Source: Chiloscyllium plagiosum (lineage: Eukaryota). From it: a stretch of 64,000 nt of DNA. The notes under the pieces are model-generated. The model saw only the letters and a list, made by a program, of their open reading frames with translations. It ran no database searches and was not told the origin of the DNA. A program made the position numbers and the translations under genes. This document shows positions 1 through 11,412 of the stretch, piece after piece (position 1 is the first letter of the stretch; each line of letters opens with the position of its first letter). Location: assembly GCF_004010195.1 (NCBI RefSeq), contig NC_057749.1:9177070-9241069 (forward strand), in the 5' to 3' direction.

Positions 1-680
1 GATGTTGTGAAACTTGAAAGGGTTCAGAAAAGATTTACAAGGATGTTGCCAGGGTTGGAGGATCTGAGCTACAGGAGAGGCTGAACAGGCTGGGGCTGTT
101 TTCCCTGGAGCGTCGAAGGCTGAGGGGTGACCTTATAGAGGTTTACAAAATTATGAGGGGCATGGATAGGATAAATAGACAAAGTCCCAGCCTGTTCAGC
201 CTCTCCTGTAGCTCAGATCCTCCAACCCTGGCAACATCTTTGTAAATCTTTTCTGAACCCTTTCAAGTTTCACAACATCTTTCCGATAGGAAGGAGACCA
301 GAATTGCACACAATATTCCAACAGTGGCCTAACCAATGTCCTGTACAGCTGCAACATGACCTCCCGACTGGGGTCAGGGAGTCCACAACTAGAGGGCATA
401 GGTTTAGGGTGAGAGGGGAAAGATACAAAAGAGACCCAAGGGGCAACTTTTTCATGCAGAGGGTGGTACATGTATGGAATGAGCTGCCAGAGGATGTGGT
501 GGAGGTTGGTACAATTGCAACATTTAAGAGGCATTTGGATGGGTATATGAATAGGAAGGGTTTTGAGGGATATGGGCCGGGTGCTGGCAGGTGGGACTAG
601 ATTGGGTTGGGATATCTGGTCGGCATGGACGGGTTGGACCGAATGGTCTGTTTCCATGCTGTACATCTCTATGGCTCTAT
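1..680 (+). mobile_element. CR1-clade LINE 3' end with an internal inverted duplication (186-365)
   Basis: [18 protein letters not shown] and [15 protein letters not shown] motifs of the CR1 ORF2 C-terminus. Ends in a ctctatg-type tail. Confidence 0.92.
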
Positions 681-1509
681 GAACCATAATTATTGGTTTA
701 TCAGAACAAAACTCTTGCAGTGCATTTACAATAATTTGATAACATACACAGTCACTAATTGAGAAGTATAAAATGTTTATCCCTCTAATTAGCCCCAAAC
801 CAAATCAGCCATCATACACGTGTCATTCAGCAAAAAGAGAAAAAAGATTTCTCTGCAGAGATGGGCACTCTATGAAAAAAAAAGGGCTGTTGACTTATTC
901 AAGAAGGCAAAAAGAATATAAATCAGAGAATGCTCTGGAGTCAGTTACTCTGAGGTTCAGGCATGAGTGGACTTCATTAACCTTGCACAGTTGTCTCTGA
1001 AGTCTTTGCAAACACAGCTTGCTCACAAAATATGATACTGAGAAGCTTCTGCAATCATTCTTTCAGAAGAAAGAATAAGTTCCACCCTGAACTCAACCTT
1101 AGGGTTCTTTCAGAAATAGCAATCTCTCTTTGTAGTTTTAAACTTCTTTATCAAAAGAGTGGTGAGGAAGTGAGCAACATGGATTCAGTTAAGAGGAAAC
1201 TTATAAGGGAGAAGGGAAAGGGGCATTAGGCTGATAGACTGAGAGGTGAAAACGATAGAGGAGGCTTAATTGCCACATAGACCAGTAAGGTCAAATGGCC
1301 TGTATATCTGCACACCCTTGGAGTGCAGATATCATTCTGATCAATCAACACTGCACTTCCTCCAAGGATAACACATCTTTCCTAAGGTGTGGTGACTGAG
1401 GAAGAAATCCCATGGCCCCAGTGTTGCTTCTGGCCAGGGCTCCCAAACTGACTACAGCAGTCTCAAACCCAACCCAAACACATCCTGTCCCCTACATCCT
1501 GTGGTCCTG

Positions 1510-1710
1510 GCTATTGATTTGATTTGATTTATTATTGTCACGTGTACAGAGATACAGTGAAAAGTATTGTTTTGTGAGATATCCAGGTAAATCATACCTT
1601 ACATAAATATGTCAGGATGATAGAACAGAATGCAGCACATAGTATTACAGCTACAGTGAAGGTACAGAAAAAGATCAACTCTAATATATGAGAGGTCTGT
1701 TCACAAGTTG
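1510..1710 (-). mobile_element. LINE 3' terminal fragment (family uncertain)
   Basis: Minus strand ends gtgacaataataaatcaaatcaaatcaa, a short-repeat LINE tail. Confidence 0.45.
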
Positions 1711-1851
1711 TTCAGGAGTATTGAAGGAGGTGGCACCCATCCCTTAAAGAAAAAGCAGGAAAACATTTCAGAAACAGTGAGTTCCTGGAAGAGAGGGACA
1801 TGGGCCTGACATCATTGAATGAGATTCAAATCATACAGGAACACACTGGAA

Positions 1852-2110
1852 AGGGTGGCATGATGGCACAGTGGCTAGCACTGCTGCCTCACAGCACCAG
1901 AGACTTGGGCTTGATTCCACTGTTCGATGACTGTTATGTGGAGTTTGCACATTCTCTCTGCATCTGCGTGGATTTCCTTCTGCAGTTCAGGTGGGAAATG
2001 CAGGATTACAGGGATGGTATGGGCCTGGGTGGGACACTGTTTGGAATGTCAGTGCAGACCATGGGCCAAACAGCCTTTATCTGCACTCCAGGATTCCCAC
2101 GATTCTTTAT
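1852..2110 (+). mobile_element. tRNA-derived SINE (HE1-like), internally deleted
   Basis: Head ggtggcatgatggcacagtggctagcactgctgcctcacagc matches the copy at 63904. CR1-like 3' tail. Confidence 0.85.
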
Positions 2111-2958
2111 GAAATCTCTCAATGCTTGCGATGGTCCTGTCTTTCATGCAAGTTCAGGGATCTGTAAAGAGAAACCAGTAGCTGGTGCAGCAAAACTGCT
2201 GCCTGACGGGCAATGACATGGGGACTGACTGTGATCAAGGAGTCTCTCACCCAGAAGGTTCAGATTTCTTTTCTCTATTGGCTACTGCAGGGTTTTTCCC
2301 ATTGTTACACTCAATGGCAGTTATGCCAATGTAACACTGGACCTGCATCTACTATAGAAGCTTCAGGCACATCAGAATGAGGAGGTTCATGCTGGCGATG
2401 TTAGCTCCTATCCAGCTGTGTTTCAGATGCATGGTGACAGTTTCCAGTTCCTTCCAATCAACGTCCTATCTCTCCACAAAGACTAGAAAGAGAGCAGAAC
2501 TATTTCTCAGAGATGACACACCACTGGGAGCATTGGTGCAAATTGTAAATTCATTCAGCTTAATGTAAAGCAGAGAGCTCTGTTTCTTTTTGCAGTCTTG
2601 CAATAGGTGAGAGGAGGCCTATGAAGAGTATAGTCCTGTCTGGCTGAATGCCTGGTTCTGAGGATTGTACATGCTCCTAGCCTTTCAGAGAGCTCATCTT
2701 AAAGGACTGCATGTGTTGTGTGTATATAAACATTGTGACTCGTCCTGATAGTTAATCTGCTTTGGATTTGGAGGCTGAAAACAGTTAGTCTGCTTCATAA
2801 CTTATTGTGTTTTATTGTTTTAAATAAACTAGCCCACTGTGTTAATCAGTTCCGGACAAGCAATCATCAGACGATTGTTTTTAACATGACACTGTACTGC
2901 AAATACCTTGTTTGTCACATGATCATTGCATTTTCCTTTGACAACTACTTTTGCTTCA

Positions 2959-3418
2959 TGGCACGGGGGCTCAGTGGTTAGCAATGCTGCCCCACAGTGC
3001 CAGGTACCCGGGTTTGATTCCACCCTTGGGCGCCTGTGTGTGTGTGTGGAGTTTACATGTCCTCCTGTGTCTGCATGGGTTTCCTCCGAATGATTCATAG
3101 GATCCCTACAGTGTGAAAACAGGCCATTTGATCCAACTAGTCCAAAGAGTAACTCGCCCAGTCCCATTCCCCGACCCTAATATTCTACATTTACCCCTCA
3201 CTAATGGACCTAACCTAGTGCTCTGGTTTCCTCCCACAGTCCAATAATGTGGTTACTAAATTGCCCAGTGTCCAGGGATGTGCAGGTTAGGTGGATTAGC
3301 CATGATAAATGCAGGGTTACAGGAATAGGATAGGTGGTGGGATGTTCTTCGTAGGTTTGATGTGGATTCGATGGGCCAAATGGCCTGCTTCCACACTGTC
3401 GGGATTCTATGATTCTAA
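2959..3418 (+). mobile_element. HE1-like SINE with a nested, oppositely oriented SINE 3' fragment (~3092-3217)
   Basis: A/B-box head and gattctatgattcta tail. The internal segment is the reverse complement of a SINE 3' end. Confidence 0.85.
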
Positions 3419-3699
3419 GTCGCCTCAAATAGAGTCAAGGGAATTATCAATGAAATAACTGGTGTGGGGCTAGACTAAGGCCAGTGAACTTTTCATGTTA
3501 CTCCGGTATGAATCGGAGAAGTTTGTCAACTCCAGATTTCGTTACTAGCTCAGCATCAGCTCTCCCAGAGCACCATACACAGGGTTTCAGACTTTCAGAT
3601 GTATGGTTACTTCCTGGCTTGGCTCCAATATCACTAAGCGCCACTTCCACAAAGTTACCTGCGGTGATAACACTGTGTCAGAACAAACTTTTCATAAAT

Positions 3700-4510
3700 A
3701 CCTGAAATCGGAGCTGAGATCTTCGGGTCCTACGCAGTGCTTGTGAACCACTGTCCAGGTCAGACAGGGTGAGGGGTGGGGACTGCAACAGCCCGTAGCT
3801 CTGCCAGCTCCCGCTTAACCCCACCCTGCGGCGCCGGTCCCTCCGGCTGGCGGTGAAATCAACCATTTGTCAGTTACACACAGTGCCCGGGAGCCAGGCC
3901 GGGGATCACATCACAAATCACATGCAGCACAACTGGGAGGGACCAGCCGGGGATAGAGTGCCCCAATCGCCTGCCACTTACCCCAGGCACGCTGCAAAAG
4001 CGAGGCCGAGAAATCCAGCCACTCGCTGGCTGGTCGTGTCACAAATCATTCTTTTGTTGTCACTTTGAAACAGCCCGCCTCCTGCGTCCACAGTAACCAG
4101 AAACACACTGACAACAGTGACCAGCAACTCTCTTAGTCCTCTCTTCCCACCCCCAGAATGTTTTCAGAGGGTGTTACACTCCCTTCCCATTCAGTTACAA
4201 TGTATCCCAGAGGCCGGATACTTTGCCTGGAATTTGGCTACAATGTATCCATCTGGAAACAGTCACTTTCAGTTACAATGTATCCAGGGTCCTGTGATTT
4301 CAGGCAGACTGCGCCTGCGTGGCTGGCTCTGGCAGCGCGAGCAATCGCGGGAATTCCGCTTTGAATCAAAGGGCCGAGACAAATGAAGAGTTGCAGTTGT
4401 CTAGCGCCTTATAAGGGGCCTCCTTCTCTCCCCCCCACCCCACCCACCAAAAAAAAACCCGACAGTCGCTGAATCACTGTTCTCCTGCAGAAGGCGGCAG
4501 CTCCCGCACC
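3700..4510. promoter_or_regulatory. CpG/GC-rich island; candidate promoter and first exon of a neighbouring gene, probably on the minus strand
   Basis: Locally high CpG density in otherwise CpG-poor DNA. NRF1-like TGCGCCTGCGT at 4310-4320. Consensus minus-strand donor GGG|GTAAGT with the exon ending at 3982. Confidence 0.55.
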
Positions 4511-4554
4511 TCATGGGATGGTGATCAGAACCTCAGCTTTGTATACAAACAGGA

Positions 4555-4827
4555 TCTTTACAGCAGGCCCTTCGGCCCATTGAGTCCAAACCGATCCTCC
4601 GAAGAGCATCCCATCCGGACCCAACCCACCTAGTCTGTCCATCCCTGGACACTATGGGCAATTTAGCATAGCCAATTCACCCTAATTTGCACCTCTTTGG
4701 ACTGTGGGAGGAAACCCACGCAAACACGGGGAGAATGTGCAAACTTCACAGTTTCCCAAGGCTGGGATTGAACCTGGATCCCTGGTGCTGTGAGGCAGCA
4801 GTGCTAACCACTGAACTACCATGCCGT
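4555..4827 (-). mobile_element. HE1-like SINE
   Basis: Reverse complement of the SINE head (gtgaggcagcagtgctaaccactg) and body. Confidence 0.85.
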
Positions 4828-5009
4828 GATGTTAATTGAGCGATAGATATTATTCCCAGGGACTTGAATGGGTGTACTTGTGGTACCATGGTAGTGCTCC
4901 TACCTCGAGGCTAGATAGTCCAAGTTCAAGACGCATTTGCTCCAGAGGTGTGTCATAATATGACTAAACAAATTGACTGAAAAAAACTTGAAACAACAAT
5001 GGGAGCTGG

Positions 5010-5288
5010 TCCAGCCTCGGGTGACTATTGACGTGGAGTTTGCACATTCTGCCCCTGTCTGCGTGGGTTTCCTCCCACAGTCCAAAGAGGTGTAAGTTAG
5101 GGTGAATTGGCTATGCTAAATTGCTCATAGTGTTCAAGGGCGTGTAGCTTAGGTGTATTAGGCAGGCGTAAATGCATAGTAATAGGGTAGCGGAATGGGT
5201 CTGGGTGGGTTACTCTTCGGGAGGTCATTGTGGATGTGTTGGGCCGAAGGGCCTTTTTCCACAGTGTAGGGATTCTATGATTCTATTG
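5010..5288 (+). mobile_element. HE1-like SINE, 5' truncated
   Basis: Body gtggagtttgcacattct and tail gtagggattctatgattcta. Confidence 0.85.
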
Positions 5289-5530
5289 TAGGTTAATGTG
5301 GTTTACTTGTGGGGGGTCAATTTAGCTCAGCTGATTGTTTTGTAAACCAATGTGATGCTGACAATATAGGTTAAATTCCTCCGTGGATGAGGTGATCATG
5401 AAGAATTCTCCTTCTCAACCTCTCCCCTTGCCTGAGGTGTGGTGTTGGTACAGTAGATCCTCATAAGCGAACAGTGACAGGTGACCAGAACAGGCCAGTC
5501 TCTCTCTCTCTCTCTCTTACAAAGAAGGCA

Positions 5531-5545
5531 GCTGCCACCTGCTGG
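5531..5545 (-). promoter_or_regulatory. CTCF core-motif match
   Basis: Minus strand reads CCAGCAGGTGGCAGC, fitting the CCRSYAGRKGGCR core. Motif match only. Confidence 0.45.
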
Positions 5546-5771
5546 TGCACTTGCACACAGACAGTTCCCAGTTGAAATCTGTTCTAGCCAGCCCATTCTT
5601 TCACATCGGCAAACTGCTCAGGGCGAGCAAGCCAGTCTCGGGATGGATGTTTTGGCTATGGAGAGAGCACCATAAGGTTTTACCAGACTGATTGCTAGGA
5701 TAATAGGACCAATTTATGCAGAGAGACTGGATTAAGGCAGAATTCCTCAAGAATTACTCCTACTGTCATTT

Positions 5772-6081
5772 ACATAGAAATCATAGAATTCCTATAGTGT
5801 CAAAACAGGCCATTTGACTCCACACCAACTCTCCGAAGAGCTTCGCCCCAGACCCACCATAGCCTTGTAACCCTGCATTTCTCATGACTAACCCACCTAA
5901 CCTGCATATCCCTGAACACTATTGGTAATTTGGCAAGGTAAAACCCCCTAATTTGCACATCGTTGAACTAAGAGGAACCCATACAGTCATAGGGAGAACA
6001 TGCAAACTCCACAGGGACGTCCACCTGAGGTTAGAACTAATGTCCCTGTTGCTGAGGCAGCAGTGCTAACCACTGTGCCAC
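5772..6081 (-). mobile_element. HE1-like SINE
   Basis: Reverse-complement head gaggcagcagtgctaaccactgtgccac and tail atcatagaatt. Confidence 0.8.
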
Positions 6082-6156
6082 TTTATGTTTTAACTCTCTA
6101 CTCTCTTCAAAATACTGTACACAGAAACATATTATTACCTTGAAAACTTAATTAGC

Positions 6157-6359
6157 AAGTGTAAGTAACTTTATAATTGTCAATCAACACCATCCTTTCA
6201 ATTTAGTACCTCTGGAAAATACTGAAATCCTTGTTGGGCCAAAGGGCCTGTTTCCACACTGTAATGTAATCTAATCTAATCTAAAAGTGTAAGTAAGTTT
6301 ATAATTGTCAATCAACACCATCCTTTCAATTTAGTACCTCTGGAAAATACTGAAATCCT
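6157..6359 (+). repeat. 75 bp direct duplication flanking a ~53 bp SINE/LINE 3' tail
   Basis: 6157-6231 equals 6285-6359 with one mismatch. The intervening sequence is tgttgggccaaagggcctgtttccacactg...(aatct)n. Confidence 0.9.
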
Positions 6360-6989
6360 CATTGTCATAAAATTATTGAGTCACAGAGCGTGCGAACAGA
6401 CCCTGCAGTCCAACTCATCCAGGTCTTCGTAAATTAGGGAAATGTTAGTTCAACTCAATTAGATTACAGTTTTCTACTCTCCCAAAAAGATTGCGTAATT
6501 TCCAGAGGTAGAGATAAGGGTGCTGAGAAGGTGCAGAACGCTGCAGCAGACTGAACCACCTTCTCACTTCCGGCCTTCTCGGCTTGTTTTTTTTGTTAGA
6601 CTGTTAAAAGCAAGTCTGCAAAGACAGGTGGTTTTTTTACTCTTGACTGAGGTAATGCATTGGAAATAGTGGGGCTTGATTTCCAAAGTCATTACAAAGT
6701 TTAAAATCTCAACTTACGCGAAGCCTCTAATTTACCTGCTTGATGGATTCGGGTTAACAACTTCAACCACAGCCCGAGCCCGAGCCCAAGCCAAAGGGCT
6801 ATGTGCCTATTCGGTTTTCTCTGTATTTATGTTTAACCTGTGTATTGAATCTTGTGAACAAATGCTGGTAAACTGTTTCTCCAGTATTTTTCTCCACCGT
6901 TCATAACGCCTTTTTAGAAGGGATTTGGAGTTTGAACTGATAGCTCTTCATTGCTTGCCCTTGGCGGAAAACTATATCTATAATAAATA

Positions 6990-8300
6990 ATAGTTCACAT
7001 TCATAGGACATCCTGTTTGTGGTTGTTAACCTATCTTCCTATTTTTGCTACAATAATGGGTAACTTCTCATTTATCCACATTTTACTGCATCTGCCATGC
7101 ATTTACCTATTCACTGACTTGTACACTAAAGCAGCCCTGCATCCTCCTCGCAGTTCACCTTCCTATCCAGCTTTATGCTGTCTGCAAACTTGGAGTCCAA
7201 GCATTGATCCCTGCAGTACCTCACTACTTACTGCCACGCAGAAAGTGATCTATTTATTTCCACTTTGCTCCTGATTTGTCAATCAGTTCACTATTCATGG
7301 CAGTGCACTACCCGCAGTTTCATGCACTACTTTTACATAGGTTTCCACATAAGAAAAGTATCAAAAACCTTCTGAAATCCTTTGTAAATCACAGCCACTG
7401 GCTCCCCCTTATCAGCTCTACCAGTTACAGCCTTGAAAATTCCAGTAGCTTTGTCAACGAGATTTCCTTTTTGTAAATCCGTGCACCTCTGTCCAATCCT
7501 GTCACTGTCTTCCAAGTGCTCTATTTTAATCACGAACTCTAGCATTTTCCCTACTACTAACACTAGCTAATTAAATCCTTGCTAATTCTCTTTTCTTTGT
7601 TAAATAATGGGGTCAATTAACTACCCATCAATTCACAGAAACTGTGGTCGAGGACATAGAATCTTTCAAGATTACCACCAATACATCCACGACTTCTCAG
7701 TCACTTCCTTAGGTACTTTGGATATAGATGACCAGGCCTGGGGATTTATCAGCCTTTAATCTCCATTTCCCAATACCCAATTCCCTATCAATATTGATTG
7801 CCTGCAGTTACTCTCTCATGACATTATCACAAAATGATTGAAAAGCAATATTTGTGTCTGCCTTTGTGAAGGCAGAAACAAATTACATATTTAATTGATT
7901 TACCCTTTGTTCCCATTTCAACTTCCCATTTCAGACTGTAAGAGATCGACATTGTCACTTTTTTTTCCACATTCCAAAAGAGTTTACTAATGCATTTGTA
8001 TATCTGCCAAAAGCTTGCTCTCGTCCTTTTTTTCCCCACACTGCACCCCATCACACAATCCCTTTGTCCTCCTGTGCTAAAGTCTAACCTGCTCCCAAAG
8101 CTGAGAGCAGCTTTTTAGTTGATTTATATGCCCTGTCCTTGAATCCAATATGATCCCTAATTTCCTCAAGAGTAAGCCACGGTCAGTCCACCTTTCCTAC
8201 TTTTTTCAATGCCAGACAGGAAGGAATAATTGTTATAGCTTCACCATGTACTTTTTAAATGTTTGTCAATGCCTATCCACCATCATCCCTTTAAGTAATA
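6990..8300 (-). mobile_element. Old CR1-clade LINE ORF2 fragment
   Basis: Minus ORF VVGKMLEFVIK...YKGFQKVFD is a degenerate CR1 reverse transcriptase (RT) segment (compare YLDFQKAFD). Confidence 0.75.
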
Positions 8301-8497
8301 ATAGCAAGAGCTCATTTTGGTTTCTCAAATTATTCAGTTCTGAGCTTTTCCTTAAGGTTTGTTCACTTCTCAGGTGGCACAGAGCATGAGAGATAAAGTC
8401 TCAGATGATGGGCTCTTGATACACAGTGGTAGTGGTCCTATCTCTTGGCTAGGAGGCGTGGGCTTCAAGTCTTACCTGATCCAAAGATGTGTCATAG

Positions 8498-9026
8498 CAT
8501 CTTGGAACAGGTTGATTAGAAAACATCTGTGACTGAGATTGGAGGAGTGCATCATTGCTCCAGTCCCACTACTCCATGGCTCACAACACAAAAAAAAATC
8601 AAGTTTCTGAATTATCAGCTAAAAGCAAGAAAAATAACTGACTTCTTTAGCTTCCAATATTTTACTGGAGACAGACAGATACCATCTCCCATTGTAATGG
8701 ACCAGGCCATACCCCTCAAAGCATCTCAAGAAAGTATCCCAGATCTTAACTTTGCTGGTTTAACATCTTGGAACAGGTTGATTAGAAAACATCTGTGACT
8801 GAGATTGGAGGAGTGCATCATTGCTCCAATCCCACTACTCCATGGCTCACAGCACAAAAAAAAATCAAGTTTCTGAATTATCAGCTAAAAGCAAGAAAAA
8901 TAACTGACTTCTTCAGCTTCCAATATTTTACTGGAGACAGACAGATACCATCTCCCATTGTAATGGACCAGGCCATACCCCTCAAAGCATCTCAAGAAAG
9001 TATCCCAGATCTTAACTTTGCTGGTT
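8498..9026. repeat. Tandem duplication, 266 bp period
   Basis: 8498-8760 matches 8764-9026 apart from a few substitutions. The ORF track shows twin ORFs at 8529 and 8795. Confidence 0.95.
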
Positions 9027-9573
9027 GTTTTAAGCACGATGTATACTAGATAGTCCAGGAGCGTTGCAGCTGACCCAACCACTTAGTTTTAAACAAAACG
9101 GAATCTATTTACAAGACGACAGAATGAAACACAAACAAGAGAGAACAGAAAACCGAATAACTTACCCATCTGAAAACCCAAATTATCCAAACTTAAACAT
9201 TGCTGTTCCCAATAATTGCAACAATCCCCAAAAACACCCCTTGGCACAAAAGGTAAAACCAACCCAGGGTCTTACAGGAGAGAAGTCAAAGAGAGATCAG
9301 CATGACCTTTGGGTCCAGCAGCTTTTTCAACACTATCGCTAAAAACAAAACAAAACCAGAGTAATGTTGAGCTGGGAGAACTGGCCATTCCCCGTTCATT
9401 GTCCAAGTGTTTTTTTCAAAAAACTTGAAAGCCTGTTGCCTGAGGCAGTATGTGTTAGCTATAATCAAACTGGCCCTAACACAAGACTTTTTGAAGTCTG
9501 TGTCTTTTACCACCTCTCTGGGAAAAAAAAGCCAAGGACAGCATAACCTTACTAATGGAGCAGCTTCGTCACA
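8959..9573. mobile_element. Solo LTR (615 bp)
   Basis: TGTAA...TCACA termini flanked by the 4 bp direct repeat CCAT (8955-8958 and 9574-9577). No coding remnant. Confidence 0.7.
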
Positions 9574-9918
9574 CCATTCTGGAAGCTTCTCCTTGCAATC
9601 ACTCACAATCCACAAGCTGCTCAGCTACCAAGGGATGACCTTTGGTATGCACAACTGGTCACAGTTCCACAATCTAATCAGTAACTGGTTGACAGCCAAA
9701 TCTCCCGCTGTATACACATGCTGATGGAAAGCTGTCTGCTTTTACACCTTCCTCCACTGCTTGCAAGACAACAGTGTTAAGCACACCCACAAATGAGTTT
9801 CATTAGCTTGTTTTATAAAAAGTACAGCAATTCCTTAATCCTTTGTCGGAAAACAGTCCCTTCCCAACTCAGTCCAGATTTAAAAACTTAAAATATAAAA
9901 AGCAATGAAGCATTAATA

Positions 9919-11027
9919 CCACGGGAGACAGGTTAGCAAGGTTAGATCTCACGGAATACAGTGAGAACTAGCCATTTGCATACAGAACTGGCTCAAAGGT
10001 GGTGGTGGTGGTGGAGGGTTGTTTTTCAGACTGGAGGCATGTGACCAGTGGAGTGCCACAAGGGTCCACTACTTTTTGTCATTTATATAAATAATTTGGA
10101 TAGGAACATAGGAGGCATAGTTATTTAAGTTCGCAGATAACACCAAAATTGGAGGTGTAGTGGACAGTGAAGGAGGCTACCTCAGATTACAACGGAATCT
10201 TGATCAGATGGGCTGAAGAGTGGCAGATGAAGTTTAATTTACATAAATGCGAGGTGCTGCATTTTGGGAAAACAAATCTTAGCAGGACTTATACACTGCA
10301 TGGTAAGGTCTTAGGGAGTGTTGCTGAACAAAGACACCTTGGAGTGCAGGTTCATAGCTCCTTGAAAGTAGAATTGCAGGTAGATAGGATAGTGAAGGCG
10401 GCGTTTGGTATACTTTCCTTTATTGGTCAGAGCATTGAGTACAGGAGTTGGGAGGTCATGTTGCGGCTGTACAGGACATTGGTTAGGCCACCTTTGGAAT
10501 ATTGCGCGCAATTCTGGTTGTCTTCCTATCGAAAGGATGTTGTGAAACCTGAAAAAAGTTCCAAAGATGTGGCCTTGGTTGGAGGATTTGAGCTATAGGG
10601 GGAGGCTAAATATGTTGGGGCTGTTTTCCCTGGAGCGTCGGAGGCGGAGGGGTGACCTCACAGTGGTTTATAAAATCATACGGGACATGAATAGGATAAA
10701 TGGACAAGGTCTTTTCCCTGGGGTGGGGGAGTCCAGAACTAGAGGGCATAGGTTTAGGGGGAGAGGGCAAAGATATAAAAAGGGAACTAAGGGGCAACTT
10801 TTTCACACAAAGGGTGGTCAGTGTATGGAATGAGATGCCAGAGGAAGTGGTGGAGGATGGTTCAATTGCAACATTTAAAAGGCATCTGGATAGGTTTGTG
10901 AATAGGAAGGGTTTAGAAGGATATGGGCCAAGTACTGGCAAATGGGACAAAATTAGATTGGGATATTGGTCGGCATTGACGAGTTGGACCAAAGGATCTG
11001 TTTCAATGCTGTACATCTCTATGACTG
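9919..11027 (+). mobile_element. CR1-clade LINE, 5' truncated (RT C-terminal half and tail)
   Basis: [40 protein letters not shown] and FFTQRVVSVWNEMP motifs, frameshifted. Confidence 0.93.
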
Positions 11028-11406
11028 TAAGTGCTGTGATTTGGTTCCAGGAAAGTGAATAGAAATCAACATCAATTCGGCGAAAGATGTTTCTGGATCA
11101 ACTCGAAACTTGGACAATCACGTATTACAGACTGCTGTGTAGAAGCTTGGGACAGCCACCAGAGTCAAAACAGACTGAACCACATACCTAAGGAAATCCC
11201 TTCGACTATACACATTTGATAACAAATGACATGAAAAGCAAGTGTATACTGTAAAAACACATGTAACATTTAGCAAGTCATCTTATGCACTTAGTGAAAG
11301 AAAATAATCTGAATTGCACTATGCAGTGCAAATTTTATATAACGTACACTTATAAATTTCACAAATACAGTATATTTTGGAAAAGTATTTAGCAACCAAG
11401 TATTAT

Positions 11407-11412
11407 TTTATT
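11407..11412 (-). terminator. Candidate distal polyadenylation signal (AATAAA)
   Basis: Last minus-strand AATAAA before repeats resume. It is followed by U/GU-rich sequence on the minus strand (tactgtatttgtg). Confidence 0.45.

Noticed and set aside
4196..4285. Repeat-spacer pattern resembling CRISPR
   Set aside because: Only three 12 bp repeats, in vertebrate DNA with no cas genes.
6530..6920. Second mildly CpG-rich patch with an ETS-like CTTCCGG
   Set aside because: Too short and weak to call a promoter.
8529..9049. Twin ORFs suggesting a duplicated small gene
   Set aside because: They are a by-product of the 266 bp duplication over non-coding and LTR DNA, with GTG starts and no recognisable protein.
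11314..11331. Small hairpin TTGCACT-atgc-AGTGCAA with miRNA-seed-like matches
   Set aside because: It is only 7 bp and lies beyond the last canonical poly(A) signal.
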